From contig CAVVUS010000018.1 of the NCBI GenBank assembly GCA_963751345.1, forward strand, positions 160,001 through 224,000: a DNA stretch of 64,000 bases. The letters run 5' to 3'. The stretch's first letter is position 1, and each line of letters starts with the position of its first letter. This document shows positions 61,499 to 64,000 of the stretch, one piece after another. Below the pieces are notes generated by a model. It had not been told where the DNA came from, did not search any database, and was given only the letters and a program-made list of their open reading frames with translations. A program made the position numbers and the translations under genes. This stretch comes from an uncultured Chloroflexia bacterium (GTDB taxonomy: Bacteria > Chloroflexota > Anaerolineae > B4-G1 > SLSP01).

Positions 61499-62404
61499 CT
61501 AGATTGAAGAACGCACAAGGTCGCGCAATTCGCGCCACCCAATGACCCGGATGCCCTGGATCTCAAGATAGACACGGAGCTCCTCTTTCATAAGGACCTC
61601 GTAGTCCGCCTCGCGCTCTTCCCAGCGATCCGGGAGGATGGCACGGAGCTCGGGCGTGTCCTTGGCGGGATGCGTGATGAAGTAGGTCAGGCCCGGACGC
61701 AGCGTGCCCAGCGCACACTTCATCTGATCGAGATGCGTATCTAGCGTGTCAAACGTCGCGGAGCGGACGTCGTCGAACATCGGCAACCCCTGTGCCTCCA
61801 GTATCCCGATCCGCGCCATGAGCTGCTCGGTAAGGTTCGCGTCATAGCCCCTGCCCCGGAGGATCTCCGGGGTCGCGCGGACCAGGAAAGGTGGGACCCG
61901 GTGCTCCAGAGCGACTTGGACGTAACCCTCGATGAATCCCGGGTAGAAGGCAGTGCCCATATGCGCGTCGATGTGGGTCACGTCGATCCCGGCATCGAAG
62001 GCGCGCTGTACCTGTGCTGCGATCTCCGCGTGCACGGCCTCGGGCGTGGCATGGTCCTGTGTGTCCTTCGTAGTGGCGTGCATGTAGCCGGATGCATCCA
62101 TCAAGCCCGAGTCGAGGTCTCGCGTGGATACCGGGCCCCAACGATAGCCCGAGCGCCACTCGCTGTTGAGTGTGATGTGTACGCCCATATCCACGTGCCC
62201 AACGTGATCCACGCAGAACTGGGCCGTCGCCGGAAACCACGGACACGGCACCATCACCGAGCCGGCAGAGATAACGCCGCCGTCGGACAGATCCATGTAG
62301 GCCGCCAGGGATGCTTGACACATGCCGATATCGTCGGTGTGGATGAGCACGGCGCGATCCTCTGTCGACATGCCGAGGGCCGAGAGTAGAGGGTTCGGGT
62401 TCAC
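61499..62404 (-). CDS. ChbG/YdjC family carbohydrate deacetylase
   Basis: HTDDIGM, GVHITL, THIDAHM, HP. Confidence 0.9.
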   Translation of the reverse strand: MNPNPLLSALGMSTEDRAVLIHTDDIGMCQASLAAYMDLSDGGVISAGSVMVPCPWFPATAQFCVDHVGHVDMGVHITLNSEWRSGYRWGPVSTRDLDSGLMDASGYMHATTKDTQDHATPEAVHAEIAAQVQRAFDAGIDVTHIDAHMGTAFYPGFIEGYVQVALEHRVPPFLVRATPEILRGRGYDANLTEQLMARIGILEAQGLPMFDDVRSATFDTLDTHLDQMKCALGTLRPGLTYFITHPAKDTPELRAILPDRWEEREADYEVLMKEELRVYLEIQGIRVIGWRELRDLVRSSI

Positions 62405-62517
62405 AGGGTTCCTTTCGTGTCAGACGTTGTACTGCCATTATAGGCAATCTTGCGAGCGTCCGCACGTTGGTCATTCAGCAGGAGGCAAGTACCAAGGACG
62501 AGAAGGCCGAGGATGCC

Positions 62518-62627
62518 GGACCGCGGGCGTCCTCGGCCGCTCTGGCGACGGAGAACCGTGCGCAGAAGGTTACTGCCACGTTGTGACTGTGTCCGTGCAC
62601 CCAGAGCGGGCGAGACGCCCGCGATCC
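62518..62627. repeat. Inverted pair of GC-rich REP-like units (REPIN/MITE-like)
   Basis: GGACCGCGGGCGTCCTCGGCCGCTCTGG (62518-62545) and, inverted, GGATCGCGGGCGTCTCGCCCGCTCTGG (62627-62601). Confidence 0.6.
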
Positions 62628-62695
62628 ATACTGCCGTGAATGCTGCCGCGTCCGCGATTCAGACTCCCGCCGGCGTTAGCGGCACACGCTCGGAT

Positions 62696-64000
62696 CTATG
62701 GGCTTAGCCGCTGCCAAGTCAACTTGGCCTTGGCCGCCTGGGTTGCTTCGAAATACTCCATCCGGACCGTGTGCTGACCCTGGGTCAGGTCGACGGTCGC
62801 GTACCGGTTGCCTCGCATCGGCCACCAACTGTTGATCACAAGGCGATCGTCCACGTAGACGCGCACGCCGTCATCGGTTGTCGTCGTGATGCGGTAACGC
62901 CCTTTCTCGAACGCGAACGTTCCCGTCCACCGCACGGCGAAGTTATTCACCGGGAGCCCTGTGGCCGGTGAAACCCAGCCCCAGTCGAAGTTGATCGCTG
63001 TGTCGGTTCGGACGAGGGTCGGCGTCCCGCTCAGATCTCGGGTTGCGAAGTACTGGCCTGTCCACGGACCCGGAAGTTGCACAGCCTGCGCCCCGCCGGA
63101 CGTTCCGGTCGTGGGCGTGGCGGGCGGCACGGGAGCAGCCGTCACCGGGAAGCCATAGGTCGGTGAGGGAGACATCGCCTCTGCAGCTGCCTCCGTCGGT
63201 GCGTAGTCCCACCAGAACTGCATACTGGCAGAGCCCGTGGCCTCGAAGTACTCCACACGTAGCGTGTGAGTCCCCTCGAGCCACGTCCAGCCCTGGTATC
63301 GCCAGGTGAGCTCCTGAGGATCCCAGTAGTTCATCCATAGATTGACGTCATCGATCCAGAGCCGCATACCGTCATCGGAGCGAGTGTTGAAGCGATACAG
63401 CCCCGGCTGGAAGTTGATGGTGCGGACCCACTGGACCGAGAAGTTGTCGCTGGGGATCCAGGTCGCGGGTGCGCCCTCGCCCCAGTCGAAGTTGATCTCC
63501 GCGTCGCCGCGAATCATCGCGGGCCCGCCACGCAGCTCGCGATTGTCGTAGTACTTGCCCTCCCAACCCTGGACGGCGTCGACGCGATTCCACCATACGT
63601 GAATACTCGCATCGCCACCGTCTTCGAAGTAATCTACCGCGATGTCGTGATTGCCCGCGCTCAGGGTGATGTCCGCGTAGTGGGTATTGGGCAGCTTCTG
63701 CTTCACCCATGAATCTACAATCCGATTGCCGTCCACGTAGATGCGAACGCCATCGTCGCTGCTGGCGTAGAAACGATAGGTGCCCGCCTCGAATCCTAGT
63801 GTGCGTCCCCAACGGGCCGAGAAGTTATCTGCGGGAACCTTCGGGTCCGGGCTACCGGTGCCCCAGTCAAAGTCGATCGCCGGATCTTTCCTACCCAATA
63901 CGGCATCCCCCGAGAGGGTCATGTTGTTCCAGTAGAGGGCATCCCAGACTTGGCTGCTCTGGAGTTTCTGCCAACCGAGCTGGAGCGCAGCTTCTCCCCA
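62696..64000 (-). CDS. Multi-PA14-domain protein, 5'-partial
   Basis: Three visible (I)xFDWG...F..RW...DDG.R repeats; frame open to the window end. Confidence 0.88.
   Translation of the reverse strand, partial: WGEAALQLGWQKLQSSQVWDALYWNNMTLSGDAVLGRKDPAIDFDWGTGSPDPKVPADNFSARWGRTLGFEAGTYRFYASSDDGVRIYVDGNRIVDSWVKQKLPNTHYADITLSAGNHDIAVDYFEDGGDASIHVWWNRVDAVQGWEGKYYDNRELRGGPAMIRGDAEINFDWGEGAPATWIPSDNFSVQWVRTINFQPGLYRFNTRSDDGMRLWIDDVNLWMNYWDPQELTWRYQGWTWLEGTHTLRVEYFEATGSASMQFWWDYAPTEAAAEAMSPSPTYGFPVTAAPVPPATPTTGTSGGAQAVQLPGPWTGQYFATRDLSGTPTLVRTDTAINFDWGWVSPATGLPVNNFAVRWTGTFAFEKGRYRITTTTDDGVRVYVDDRLVINSWWPMRGNRYATVDLTQGQHTVRMEYFEATQAAKAKLTWQRLSP

Noticed and set aside
1-64000. Many long antisense or alternative-frame ORFs (e.g. 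4815..5984+, 6933..8048+, 21447..22757-, 41925..43046-, 57496..58713-)
   Set aside because: Shadow ORFs typical of high-GC DNA; they overlap well-supported genes and have no motifs

Overview
GC-rich bacterial chromosomal window. Gene style suggests Chloroflexota/Anaerolineae (inferred from Pro/Thr-rich lipoproteins, PA14 proteins, a GT39 glycosyltransferase, REC-GAF-PAS kinases and a T-box-controlled type-2 ileS). It is mostly housekeeping and metabolic: pheT 3' end, 2-oxoacid:ferredoxin oxidoreductase alpha/beta, M20/M32/S51-like peptidases, ileS with Ile T-box, a TldD/TldE pair, two ABC exporters, MoaD plus aldehyde:ferredoxin oxidoreductase, tsaC, recR-ybaB-dnaX, rlmN, mutY, L,D-transpeptidases, RACo/ASKHA, pdxA and pgm. 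Several conserved genes carry single-base frameshifts, most likely long-read indel errors. No rRNA, tRNA, CRISPR array, integrase or transposase was recognised. Most notable: a GVHH-motif IleRS2, a MocA-like nucleotidyltransferase fused to a NagD phosphatase, a membrane histidine kinase lacking the phospho-acceptor His, an unknown internally duplicated protein with its own near-leaderless promoter, a Cys-rich/PsbP-like lipoprotein, an ABC-TldDE cassette next to a truncated gene, and three distinct families of REP-like palindromes. No clearly new multi-gene system can be proven from sequence alone.
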